Source of the DNA: Antechinus flavipes | Lineage: Eukaryota | Length of the DNA: 64,000 bases | Direction: 5' to 3' | Assembly: GCF_016432865.1 (NCBI RefSeq) | Contig: NC_067399.1 | Location: 395,808,001-395,872,000 of the forward strand | Shown: positions 49,001-62,184 of the stretch, piece after piece | How the letters are laid out: each line of letters starts with the position of its first letter | Numbering within the stretch: the first letter of the stretch is position 1 | Position numbers and translations under genes: made by a program | Notes under the pieces: generated by a model | What the model saw: only the letters and a program-made list of their open reading frames with translations | What the model was told of the DNA's origin: nothing | Database searches by the model: none

Positions 49001-52000
49001 CTAGAAGTAAACATCATCTCTCTCACTACAACATCATTCAGTTTAGAATAAAATTAAACATGAGGCTGGTCTGGTTGATAGATTCCAAAAAGATTTAGGT
49101 GCCAAAACATAGGTTGCAAGGAAGCATCATTTAAATGATGATCCTGTGGCCTCAGTTCCAAGGACAAGGGCTTCAGTGATACTCCAAGGTGTCTTTCTCT
49201 AAATCTTTGGGCTCAGATCATATGAGCTTTTGGTTTCAGTCACTAGAGAATGTGGTTATTAATTGTCTGTGTTTATTGAATATTTCCTCATTTTGTGGAG
49301 CAATTTATGAGCTTTGGTTTTACTTGCAGAGACAAGCATTTCTCGAGTCCTTGCTTGACAAGTACAAAGGGGAATTTATGTGCAGTGCTGTGCGATGTGC
49401 ATTGTGTTTACTCACTAATGAAATGGATTCTAGTTTTTTGTGTCTATTTATAACTCATCCAGTCATTAAATAGCTTTCATCTGACCAATTTTAAATATTT
49501 AAAAGTTTTTTTTGAAATAGAATGAGAGAGCTAAAATGAGTTATAAGTTGTGTTGCTGGCAAACAAAAAAAAAATGAAAAAATCCTGTACACACATAAAT
49601 GTATATATAAAAATATGTGTTTGTATATTCATGAATACATACATATATACATCAGACACTTGGGCCTTTATGAATACACACATTTCATGTTTAAGTCTCA
49701 ATTAAGCTAGATTAGACCAACTCTGCAAAAGAGATAAACATTGAGAAGATAGAATTGTGAGAATGTTAAGATATCAATCAGTAAAATATATAAAGAAGAC
49801 AACACTAAGAACATGGGAGGAAACTCAGACTTTATTGATATCAGAAAGAGCAAATGAGAGATATCAAAACTTCTAATCTAGATGCCCACTTTCCTATCTA
49901 TATGAAATTTTTTATCTGTATGCACATTAAGGACAGAAGGTATTACATGGAAACAGTTTCTCACAAGTGCCAGTCCACAAGGGACCACATTTTTATCATC
50001 ACACTATAAACTGAAAGAAAACACAAGATTCTGATTGTTTACTGATAATTTTAAAATCAGTTGATTTATTATACAAGTACAGAGGGAAATTTATATGAAG
50101 TGTTGTGTTGTGTATGGTGTCTATTTACTAACAAAATCACGTATGTGTTTAATTACATCACCAATTCAGAATCAATCTAATCATTGAATAATCTTAAAGG
50201 TTCTCTTTTAATAAGTTGTCTCCTGTACCTACAACAAAATCATTCTAGATTCCGTGAAAAAATATAACAGAAATAATGTTGTTCAAAGAACTTCTAACCA
50301 TGAACTTTAGGAAAAAAAAAAAAAAAAACGAAACAGAAAGATGTGAGATATGTCACCACTGTGCTAGGGGAGACTCATATGCATATGTTCATACTGAAGT
50401 CTCCCATCTGTTATATCACACCTTTACCCTATGACTGATTCACCTCCATTTCCAGTATTGCATGCCTTTGACAATTTCTTCTACATCACTGCGTACATGC
50501 AAGTCATTGATAGAAACATACAGCTTAATTACAAACCCCTGAGATTGTGGGATCCCCATTCCATTTATGAGATCTTCTGATTCTTCTGAGATTATGGAGT
50601 TCCATGATCTACAACCACATTTCCAGATTATTATATAGAAGTTGTAAAGTTTAGTGACCTTTTCCATGTTAATTTCAGATAAAATCTAATTGCTCATGAT
50701 TAATCCTACAAAGTCTAAAATGTTTGTAAGAATATTATTTCTAAAGCAGATATTAATTTTTCTTGCCAACCCCCAAAAGCTTTCCATTCCCTTTCATCAT
50801 TGCTAATAAAATAAATGATTGGTCCTTAACCCTGTCATTAAGGGATATATCCCTTAGAGAACATTTACAAAAGACAGATATTTAGCAACCATCTGCTAAA
50901 TTCAGAGAAGACAACCAAGTTAAATTATTCAGTTTCTTGACTCAATCATTTAAATAGTTTGAGGTCTTTATTTCCTCAGATAATTTTTGCATTGCTGGTT
51001 GTACTTTGGAAACTCTGATGAATTCTATTTGATTCCAAGTTTATAGAATGTCTACTATGAGCAAAGCAGGAAGTGAGAGACATCCAAAGATAATTAAAAC
51101 ATGGTCCTTATCCTCAAGTTTGCAACTTAGGTATAGTGACAAGACATAATGACAAATAATTATGTACAAAGTAGAGTGTGAAAGTACATGAGACAAACTA
51201 GGGGCAAAGGTCTAAGAATTCTGTTGTAATTCTGGGGGAAAGGCTATTGATCCACATGTTCAAGATATATTATGGCTGATTCATTGTTCCCCAGTGACAA
51301 ATTAAGTACTTCCCAGATGGTCCTCACATAATTGTTCTGATACAGAGTAGAGAGTAGTTATGGCTGCATCTATATAATGAAAAACAGTAGTTCCAAAAAT
51401 AGTCCACCACATATTTCATATCATCTTAATAACCACATTGAATCATCATGAACAACTAGTCACAAGCAGTGCGGGAATAGATCCTTAATAAAAAATTAAA
51501 CTTTTTTTCAGTCAATCCAATCTACATTATTCCTATGTTTACTGTATATCTATGTGTATATTCTCTAAAAAAAAAATACCTTGCAGCCACATTAAAACTA
51601 AAACACAGTACATATTGTTAATAACCCAGCTATTTTAAATTTTAAATGTGAACAATTGCTTTCTCCTAAAGATACCTTTTCCCTTCATTCAAGTTCTGTA
51701 TGCTTCTCCCATGCTCCAAACTGAAAAAGTTAAGAGGAGTCATTAAGGTTAGAGCTTTCAAACCACTCGTAAGGTAGTTGGATTAGATGTTGCAGCTTTG
51801 AGTTAGCTCCAGAAGTTATTAGCATCATGGCTCACTTAATATTGAGCCCAGCCTTGGAGAGATGCCAGATGTAGTCACATAATACAAAACACCTTGTTTT
51901 ACAGATGGCACTCCTAATTGTCTTCCCAAGGGTTGATATTTATGGGGAATATGCAGAATCACAGAATAATAGAATTTTAAAGTTAGAAAATACCTCAGTG

Positions 52001-54019
52001 GCTATTTAGTTTAACTCATAGCCCAAAGGGATCCAATAATTTACTGAGCAAGTGGCCATTCAGTCTCTATTCAAAGATCTCCCATGAAGGGGAACCCACA
52101 GTGTCCAGGACAATCTATTCTACTTTTGGATAGTTCTAATTTTAAGTATATTTCTTCTCTTCTCCCCCACTATCAAACCTGCATGCTCTTTGCAACTTCT
52201 ATCCTTCTTCTTTTTTCCTAAATCCTCTATCTCAAATCACCTTAGCCTGCATATAATGGTGGCACAATACTGTTCAGCAGGAAGTAGATTAGTGATATTT
52301 TTCAAATGTCAATGTGTCACACGATTCACAGTCTCTCCATCACCATCCTGAATGCTAAGAATAATTTCCTTCTATAACCTCTTTCTTCCTCCCCTCTATC
52401 ACACTTCACTCTGGACCACAAACAGACATTGTTTGAATGTCTCTGGTGAAAATCCTTAACTAGGAAGGGACATGGGCCTGCTCAGCAAGATTGCTGGTAC
52501 AGTGATTGGATGAATGTTTATCCAATTAACCAATCATCTCACCCACTAATCCTGTAGTTCTGTATGCAACTACCATTATTTCATGGGTGCTTCTTCCCAA
52601 ATTCATAAACCTGTTTTCTTTCTTCTCCATACAGCTGATCACTAAGTTGAACCATAAGTTCTATAAATCTATACTCCCCAAATTTTTCACCAGTATTATT
52701 TTTTGCAAGACCAAATTATTCATAAGTGTTGAAATTTCCTAATTGCAAGTATCTAGAGACCAGACTTATAATGCTATAGCTGATGATTCATTCTTCAGTA
52801 GTGATACCCAAACATTACAAAGATTTAATATTAGTAGCATCTATAATATCCCCAAAAGGGTGTTCCTCTTTCCCTCAGGGAAGCTGCCTATTCAAGAGTA
52901 ACTTTATCCAGTTTCACCAACACAAAAAGCTATCTTTCTCTGATCTGTAGCTAGGATGAGAAATTGTGTTTTACAAATTAATTCACTCTGGCTCAGAAAG
53001 TCCAATGTCTCTTTTTGCTGCCTTTTAGATTAGAGATGCTTAGAAAAAATACTCTGACAGAGGATAAGGTTATAGTTATTTGCATTCCCAAGGGAATTGG
53101 TGGAGCAAATTGGGGAAGATGCGTCTAATACAGCGCAATTTATTAAAAGTCTAGTCCTACTGTAATAATACTCAGTGACACCCTGAAACTCAGGCAGCTT
53201 TTTAAGACTCTGTGTATATTCTGGGCCAGACAATCTAGCTTGAGGTAAGACAACAAATGGGGAGGACAATCCATGATGCCAGTAGTATTGTTATAACTAA
53301 GATTCTCAAAGTAGATCCCAAGAAGAGAGAAGATCTAATATTAATGTGTCATATCGGAGATGCAACCCCAGATATCCTCATCATCAAGTTACCAATTAAT
53401 ATCAGAAAATATTCTCCAGTCAACTTTGGAAGTCCCAACATTGTATGCCAAAATAAGTGGATAACAGACACATGTCACCATGGCCACTTCCTCAGAGGTT
53501 GACATCTATGGAAGACATATGAGAACACATCCTCATCAGAAAAGTGTTCTAGGTCATCTGAACAATTCATCTATATCCTTCCTTACACTCACTCTCAAAT
53601 CTGGGTCTGAGTCCCCTTGCAAAAATAATTCCTAGGATTATAAAGCTTCCCAAAAGCAGTCAGCCTCTAAAAAATCAATAAGGGATATCTATATTCTTAC
53701 TTGCCTCCCTGAGTCTTGGGCTACATTCTTTTTTCTCTACCTATTCCATGCCCTAGATGCACATACGCACACATATACACATATACATACACACATACAC
53801 ATGCACACTCACTTTGGATAATTTAACTAAACAGTTTTATATATGTATATTTTGGTGCTGTCACATATCCAGTACTAATCCTTCTTGGCTTGTCTATCAA
53901 TCCTGTCCAGGGTGCTGACAGGCAAATTCCTTTCTGATTTCTGTCACTGACAGACCTTTGTTCACATTACCCAACAGCCATTATGCCTGAAAAGTTCACA
54001 CCATCCATGTCCCCATCCT

Positions 54020-54830
54020 TGTCATTACTATCCATTAATTTCCAAGACATTTCCCCACCTTCCTCAATGACCTCAGTATCAAGTTCACAGTTTTCCTCTC
54101 AATCACCTGCATAACCCTCAATTATTCCAATGTTCAATTTGATATCTTCTAATGATCTAACTTATTATCCATAGATAATAGAGAATCACACTTTTCACCT
54201 CACCATCCACTCAATTGCTCCACTTTCAAGATGCTAAACTCTCAAATCCCTCTCTTTAATCAATTTTTAGTTCTCTTATTTTTTTTGCATGATTTTATTC
54301 CTTCTTAATGTGCTTGTCATCCTCATAATAGTCTATAGACTTTCACTCTATCATTATCTTTCAAATTCACAACTCCTGTTCAGAATTCATACACATCTCT
54401 TTGCAGCCTTTACCAGTCATTTCAAAAATTCACTTCTATTCTATCCAACAATGAATCCATTTTTCTCTTATCTTTTGGCTTTTCCTACTGTGCTACTCTC
54501 TAATTTGTTTGTCTCTACCATATGTCTTCTCAAGTCCTCCTAAGCTGCCAAGGGCTATTGAGTATTTTCTCAAGTATCCATGGATCTACTATAAATTCAT
54601 ACTTTCTAATCCCAACTAAGCCCCCACCATTGCTTGGCAATCTTTTAATCTATCTCTGATTCCCTTGTATTTCCCAAAGCAAATGTTCTAAACATGCTTT
54701 CTTTTTTTGGTTTCCAATTCATTTCTTTTTTTCTCCTCTTTTAATAGATAACTTCACTTGTCACTTTTGCAAGGAAAATTGGGGTCCTGCATGCTTCACT
54801 TTATAAAATGTTATCCCTCACATCTGAAAT
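54020..54830 (+). mobile_element. L2 internal fragment
   Basis: Pyrimidine-rich, with L2 ORF2-like motifs (ggatctactataaattcat...cccaccattgcttggcaatc). Confidence 0.6.
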
Positions 54831-55699
54831 AGATGTTTCCTTCTATTTTTGACTGTTGATATCCTTTACTTCTTTAAGACCTTCTTGGTTTCTACCTCCT
54901 CCTTGAAGCTTTCCTGGACATCCATAGCTAGAAGTAACACCTTTTCTTTTGAAATTATGTGATGATTCTTTTTGACCTCTCCCATGTATTTTATAACTAT
55001 CTAAAAGTTTTATAAGTACTTGTGTAACTATTCTATTCCTCTGTGGAATGATACTGTTAGCTCCTTCTGTATAATCTTTATTCTCAAACATTTATGTATG
55101 TATTATATATATGCATATGTATATGTATATATTTGCACATGGCAAATATGTGTTTGCATATACATCTATGTAGGTAATCAAACTTAATTAGAAGAGAGAG
55201 GTTAATCATCTGAAAGTTTCCTGTACTAACTGGTTCAATTCCTGGGCCTAGCTCATCTAATGGTTAAGCTATTGCTAATTAATTTCTTCAAATTTAGTTA
55301 AGCCAGTCCTTGGGCAGCAGGCATACAACATAGTCCAGTTTGATTCCATTCAATAGAAATTTATCAAGCACCAACTGTGTAAACAATTGTGCTAGGAACT
55401 GAAGATATAGGAATAAAAAAATTAAATAGTTTCTGCCTTCAATGAGCTAACAGTATCTGGGAAATTACAATAGGTACAAATCTAAGAAAGTTCAAGATAT
55501 AAGGTGATGAAAGCAAAGAAGAGAGATCCACATGAAATATTTTAGAAAAGATTAAAATGAAATTCATTTTTAGCTTGGGATATCAGCAAAGACTTTCTAG
55601 CACAGGATAATCAAACAAATACAGCTTTCCATAAACCACAATATGATGAAAGTTTGTTTTGAGGATTATTTTCATATTGATACCATTACAGATGAAAAA

Positions 55700-57650
55700 T
55701 ACTGAAAGAAAAAAAGTATTGTTTATAAAAGACAAATCTACTTATTCCTTCCCTCTTACCTACAAACATACATGTCTCACCTAGTTTTAAAACAGAAAAA
55801 ATATTAGATCCCACCATTCTTGTATCCCTCTTCTTTCTCAGCCAAACTCCTTAAACAAATCAGTCCATCCATTTGCTCTCCTTTTACTCTCTTCTAAATA
55901 TTGTGACTTGGCTCGTTAACCTATAATTCAACTGAAACTACTTTCTCCAAAGTGATTTATGACTTCTGAAATATCCATCAAATGCAGTCTTCTCAGTTCT
56001 TATCCTTCTTGACCTTTTCATAGTATTTGAAACTATTTACGACTCTCTCCTATCTGGGTTTCTTATGATAGGATTCTCAGTTCTCATCCTTGTCTTTACA
56101 CATTTTAGCCTCCTTTGATTAGTCATCATTTATGTTTTATACACTAGTTATGGTGTGTTGGCTATGTTGGGCCTTCTCTTATCCTATACATTTTCTAACT
56201 TAGTTGTATCATCATTTTCCATGAATTCAATCTCTCTACTATTACTCTCTCTATGGTAATGACTCATACTTTTATATGTTCATTCTTAATCTCTCTCCAG
56301 TGTTCCAGTCATGTTTGACAAACTATACACTCAACATTTCAAAATGGATGTCTGATAGCCATTTCAAATTATCATGTCTCAAACAGAACTCATTCTTCCT
56401 TCAAAATCTACCATTACCTGAACTTCTCTAACAAGGGTCATGGGTACCAATAACCTAGATTCACAACTTTGGAATCTTTCTTGACTTCTCACTCACATTC
56501 ACCTCACATAATTAATAAATAACCAATCTTATTTCTATTTCCATATGCCATGCATATATTTCCTTTTCTCTATTCACATAGCCACCAACCTAGTTAAAAT
56601 TCTTATTACTTCATACCTACTCTATGCTTCTAGAATTTAGCATAAGGTCTGAAATATATTAGGCCCTTAATAAATATCTGTTGAATTAACTTAAATTAGA
56701 TATCATTTTTTTATCCCCCTACTACACTCCTTACTATTGTGCATCCACACATAATTTTCAAAGTGATTTTCCTAAAGTAAAGGTGAGACCATACCATCTC
56801 CCTATTCAATAAACTCCAGTTATTCTGAATTACCTCTGTTATTGTTGTTCAGTCATTTCGGGGGGTTTTCTTGGCACAGACACTGGAATGATTTGCCATT
56901 TACTTCTCCAGTTCATTTTACAGATTAGGAAAATAAAACAAATGGGGTAAGCGATTTGACCAGGGTCATGCAGCAAGGAAATGTCGAGGCTAGATTTGAA
57001 TTCCAGTCTTCCTAACTGTAGGCTCAGTACTCTATCCACTGCACAGCTAGCAGTCCTATAACCTCCTCTATTTGGCATTTCAATGTCCTCACAAACTGAT
57101 TCTTTCCTATTTTTTTCAGACTTCTTACACATTTTCTACCTCTCCACACTCTACATTCTAGCTATCCTGGACTATTTCACTATTCTTCACAGACCATATC
57201 CCATCCCCTCTCTGTGTGTCTTTGGGCTAGCTGTTCTGCCCTCCCATCATGCTGGAACACATCCACTTCACATAGAGTCCCTTCAAAAGTCACGATTTTC
57301 TTTAAGGTACCTCAAAAGTCACCTCCTACATGAGCCCCAGCAACTAGTACCTTCCATCCCCAAACTATTCACAAGCATCTACATAGTAGTCCTATTGTGT
57401 TTCAAAGTTTACAAAGCACTTTAAAAATATTGTCTCATTTAATTCTTCTAAAAACCTGAGAAAGTAGGTGGTATTATTTGACAAATGTGATTCATTTTAT
57501 ATGTCATGTATCAACTTTTATATGTATAAGTTGTCTCCTCCCTTTAGACTGTAATCTCCTTGAAAGCAGAAATGTTTCCTTTTTTGATTAACATAGTGCC
57601 TAGCAAACACTAAGAACTTAATAAATTCTTGTTGATTGATTGGTGAATTG
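55700..57650 (+). mobile_element. Long L2 3' part, with a minus-strand MAR1-type SINE at about 56838-57060
   Basis: cagccaaactccttaaac..., caactgaaactactttctccaaag, catgtctcaaacagaactcat; tail catagtgcctagcaaacactaag. Confidence 0.75.
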
Positions 57651-57659
57651 ACTAGTCAA

Positions 57660-57825
57660 CTGATTTGATTTACTAAAAGTCAGGAAGACTTCAGTTCAAG
57701 TTCTGCCTTTGACATATACTGACTATGTCACCTGGATAAATTCTCTGGACAACTCTGAGAGGAAAAAAAAAAGCTGTAGGTTTACATCACTATATGACAT
57801 TTCCTTCTAAGGAATTTCACCACAG
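57660..57825 (+). mobile_element. CORE-SINE (same family as 16880)
   Basis: aagtcaggaagacttcagttcaagttctgcctttgacatatactgac... Confidence 0.55.
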
Positions 57826-57992
57826 NNNNNNNNNNNNNNNNNNNNNNNNNNNNNNNNNNNNNNNNNNNNNNNNNNNNNNNNNNNNNNNNNNNNNNNNNNN
57901 NNNNNNNNNNNNNNNNNNNNNNNNNNNNNNNNNNNNNNNNNNNNNNNNNNNNNNNNNNNNNNNNNNNNNNNNNNNNNNNNNNNNNNNNNNNN
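57826..57992. other. Assembly gap (N run)
   Basis: Run of n characters. Confidence 1.
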
Positions 57993-58313
57993 AGTAATAA
58001 AGGTGATACAGACTTGGAAGTATTTGACTTTGTCTTTTCTGTAACACCATTTGGATACTACAAATATTTGTTGGCAAGCTATGGGGAGAGAGAATGGGGT
58101 AAGAGGTGGTGAGAGATTGGCCACCATTTCTAGGGCTCATAAATTATAACAACTCAAAAGGGAAGATTTGCTAGAAAGTATGGCTTTTTGAAATTGAAGT
58201 TTGGGTTTTCCCATAGATCCCACTGAAAAGCCATGGAATTGTAAATAAAAAAAAACTCTCTGTTCCTGCCTCCTGTCACATTCTGTTTCTTTTTTTCTTT
58301 TTTTTAAAGTTTA

Positions 58314-58348
58314 TGGGATTTTATCTATTCCAAACCCCTCAATTTAAA
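58314..58348 (+). repeat. 35-bp perfect copy of 62496-62530
   Basis: tgggattttatctattccaaacccctcaatttaaa occurs at both sites. Confidence 0.95.
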
Positions 58349-58884
58349 GTTAAAGTTTTTAAAGTTTTAAAGTTAAAGGGAGGAAGACAGGGAGAGACCT
58401 TTTATGATAACATCAGCTTTCACTTTTTTACTAAGTGAGAGTCATTTAGTATGATACCATTTAGAAAAATATGGACCATGAACACTAAAGAAATAAAAAA
58501 CAACAATAACAACAAAACTGTCTTAAAATATTGCCTAAAACTTTTATTTTTTTGACCTTAGATGAATTTTGACTTTCTCAGATTTCATGTCTTTTAATTT
58601 ATACATTGAGATTCAATTATATTTGAGTTCTTGAAGTTGGATTTTGTTTTTGTTTTTGTTCTTTAAGAAACTGTCTTCAGAGTAATGCAGATTAAGAATA
58701 TCTTAGCTTTTTATGGCATTTTATCTATTTCATAAGTTTTATCACTCAGTAACATAAGGAACCATAGAGGTATTTTTTAAAATTTTCCTATTTTTGCCAG
58801 ACCCAAACTTTATAAGTATAAGGAAATAAATCCCTTTGCTAGGAGGAATGCACCAGTGCAGATGACTAAATTTTGATTTGGGGC

Positions 58885-59160
58885 AGGGCTTAAACTTTTT
58901 GCATTTGCAACCCCTTTTTGCCTGAAAAAAAATTTTGCCTAGCCCTCTCTTGAATCTGAGTTAAGGTGCTTCTCTCACAATGCAAAATGCATATATTTTG
59001 TGGTTAGAACCAAGGCTGCAGTGAGTCGAATGTGATGAAACATGAGTAAGCACTGCTAGAAATATTTCAGATTCATTGTGCATTTGATTTTGAATTAATT
59101 TTTGATCATTATGTTTAGAAACTTTTTATCATTGCCAAATTTTTCACAACCTCCACAGTC
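58885..59160 (+). mobile_element. hAT MITE (marsupial type)
   Basis: cagggcttaaactttttgc...caacccctttttgcctg...ttgccaaatttttcacaacc. Confidence 0.6.
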
Positions 59161-59344
59161 AGTTACACAACTTCATTTGGAAATCATGATCCACAGTTTA
59201 AGAAACTTTGACTTAGGGAGTGAGAAAATAGACTTGCCCAATATCAACCAAGTACTGGTCAAGAAATGGGAATTGAAATCAAGTCTTCCAGGCACCAAAG
59301 CCAACTTTCTCCCAACTACATCATGATGTCTATGATAACCTAAA

Positions 59345-59715
59345 TCCCAGTTTCTTAAATTGTGATATACTGTGGGGGTCTCATAACTGAATGATGGGGG
59401 TTGGGCCGGAAAATTGATTTATCATCGGGAAATGTTTGATTTGTATACCTATTTTATATTCTATATACCCAAGGTCATATAAAAATTTCTCAGACAAAAA
59501 GACGTCGTAAATAAAAATCTGCCCTCAGAGTTAAGAATATATGGGTTCAAGAGCCATCTCTTACACATACCGACTGTACAATCAGAACACATAACCTTTC
59601 ACTGCTCTAAGAAACTTTCTGAGAATATAAGTTTTAGAGAAAATCTGGAATTTCATTTATAGAGAATTCCCTCATCTAAGAGTTCTCTATACCAATGAAA
59701 TCTCAGTTGCTATTC
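59345..59715. mobile_element. hAT MITE in opposite orientation (about 59345-59520) followed by a CORE-SINE (about 59515-59715)
   Basis: tttcttaaattgtg...gggggtctcataactgaatg...tatacctattttatatt...taaaaatttctc; then a SINE tail ...ataccaatgaaatc. Confidence 0.55.
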
Positions 59716-60269
59716 CTTGAGGGTTTACATTCATTTCTAGGTACAAATACAGAACTAAAAGAATTCACTAAACAAAATACAAAATAATAAATAACTTTAA
59801 CAAAAAAAGGGAACTACCCAAAGGCTAGCCTTCCAATGACTTAACTTTAAAAAGTAATTACTCTCCTATACTGGAAGAGCTACATTTTTTCCTTAGGGAA
59901 ATTGCTCTTCATATACCCTTGTCCTTTACTAAAAATAGACTTTACCAAAAGGGATGGGTCTGTAGTTCTTACACCAGCATTAAGCTATTATCAGATTAGT
60001 TCCATAAGATGGGAAATGCCATTCTGGATTCAGCCTTAACCAGGACCTACTGAATTTCCCCAGGATTAATGATTAACTAAATCAATTCCAGGCAGACCAT
60101 TCTCTTTTTCTTAAAGGCCAATTTTTATCTGAATCATGGGCATAGACCCCTCAGCTTTCACTTTCACACAGTCCAGAGAGAACCCTAGATGAAACCAAGA
60201 ATCCAAGAGGCAATCATAAAAGTCAACAGTCAATGATTTAATAAACTCAACAAGGATTTTTCAGAATCA

Positions 60270-60820
60270 TTATTTCAAAAAGGAAGGGACCTTGGAGTCT
60301 TCTTATTCCAACTGTGACAGACTAGAACTCTGATCTTTCATATCCCCAATAAATTATTAGAATTTAGCTGCAATTTATACACCTCCAATAAGAGAGATCC
60401 CAGCATCTTCTAAGATATCTCATTCTAACATTCATAGTTAAGAAGTTTTACTTTTATGAGGACTAAATTTGCCTCTCTAAACATCTACCCATTCTCCTGA
60501 TTCTAAAGCCAAAAAAGAATTCTAATCCTGTTTCTTCATAAAATTCTTTCAAATACATGAGGATAGAAATTGTGCCCCCTCACCATGACCACCCAAGTCT
60601 CTTCTATATAGTAAACATATACATTTCCTTCAACCAATACTCATAAAGCAGGATATTGAGGACTTTTATCTTGTCTGAATATTTTTCAACTTAATCTAAG
60701 TCCTTTCTAGAACATAGCAACTAGAACAAAGCACAATATTCCAGATGTGTTCCAATTACAGCAGAATAGAATGGGATTATCACCTCTCTGGTCCAGGACA
60801 TTATGCTTCTCTTAAGGCAG
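60270..60820 (-). mobile_element. L3/CR1 fragment
   Basis: cacaatattccagatgtgttcc...gggattatcacctctctggtccaggacattatgcttctcttaa is antisense L3. Confidence 0.7.
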
Positions 60821-60899
60821 AGGAGAGAGACAGGGAGACAATTGTGATGCACTGAATGAAAACAGAGTTGCCTTCAGTGTCAGTAAGCTCTGAGTTCAG

Positions 60900-60978
60900 G
60901 CCTTGATTTTTACAAAAATTGTTTAAATTTTTTATGCCCTTGCCAATTCTAATATGGTATTTATAAACTTGTTTTTAC

Positions 60979-61027
<49 letters not shown>

Positions 61028-61255
61028 TGTAGAAAGAGAGAAAGCTGTATTTCAATATAATTAGTTTCAATATAGTTTTCAATATAATTGATTCAATATA
61101 ATTCAATATTCAATTATAATTCAATATAATTAATTTTGTGATTTTATGTATTTTATTCATATATTTAAAGACATTATTCTGAGAAGAATAGGCGTTATCA
61201 GATTTCCAGGGGAGTGTCAAAGATACACAAAAAAGTTAAGAATTCTGACTCTAAG
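60900..61255 (-). mobile_element. hAT-Charlie-type MITE with internal (AT)n(GT)n and a degenerate ttcaatataatt tandem array
   Basis: Reverse complement of the 48838 element (cattattctgagaag...cacaaaaaagttaagaa); microsatellite at about 60976-61029. Confidence 0.6.
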
Positions 61256-61429
61256 ATTAAAAGTTGAAGAATAGGTAGGTATTTTCCTGTAGTGGTAGAG
61301 GAATTTTTCTCACCCTATATCAATTAAATCATCAGTCCAGTCCCAAATGATGCAATAGACATTTTTACAAATGTGAGACATTGTTATTTCTTCATTTACT
61401 TCATTAAAAAAGGAAAGTAAAAAGGAAGT

Positions 61430-61690
61430 AAATAACTTTTTTATATAGCACCTAATCTGTACTTTGCACAGTGATAAGCACTTTTTATCAAAATTATTTC
61501 ATTTGATCCTCACAAAAACCTTCTGAAGTGTGTGATATTATTATCCTTATTTGCAGTTGAATAAACTAAGACAGACATTAAGTGATTTGTCCAGCATCAC
61601 ATTGTTAGTAAGTGTCTAAGGGTCACATTTGAACTCAGATCTTCCTGATGCTAAGCCCAGCATTCTATTCACTGTGCTATTAGCTGCCTC
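61430..61690 (-). mobile_element. MIR SINE
   Basis: atttcatttgatcctcacaaaaacc...gtgatttgtccagcatcac...tttgaactcagatcttcctga. Confidence 0.8.
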
Positions 61691-62184
61691 AAGAAGTCAA
61701 GAGACTAATTTAACTTGCTGCAAATAGAAATGCCATGTTCATATCACATAAAATCCCATATTACTTTCCTCTTCTTCAAAGAAAAACCATCTCAACTAGT
61801 CAAATATTATCTTCAAAATGTAAGTTCATTACCTCTAATACTTAGAAGATAAACAAGGATATCAAGAGAAGATTGCAAAGGTTTTCAGTGATATGCTGTT
61901 TTATAAGCAGAAGTGCAAGAATGGGAAAATACTATACTTTTCACACCATCATCATGACTACAGTTGGAATTAATGAATTCCATGATTGGAGCTGAAAAAT
62001 ACCGGCAATTTCAGTGATGAGAAAGTTCTACTTGCTCCCCAACTCAGATGGAGATTGTTCTCTTGTTGAAGAACAGACAGAAAAACTGGTGGTCACCTTT
62101 TAGAAACATGAAGGGTTTTGGTTTTTAGGGAAGGAGAGACAGGAGAGTACTGAATGAGCAGCTGGGAAACCTGAGAATACTCAT

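Noticed and set aside
53257-53502. ILKVDPKKR, resembling kinase subdomain XI
   Set aside because: No other kinase motifs in frame and no matching exon structure
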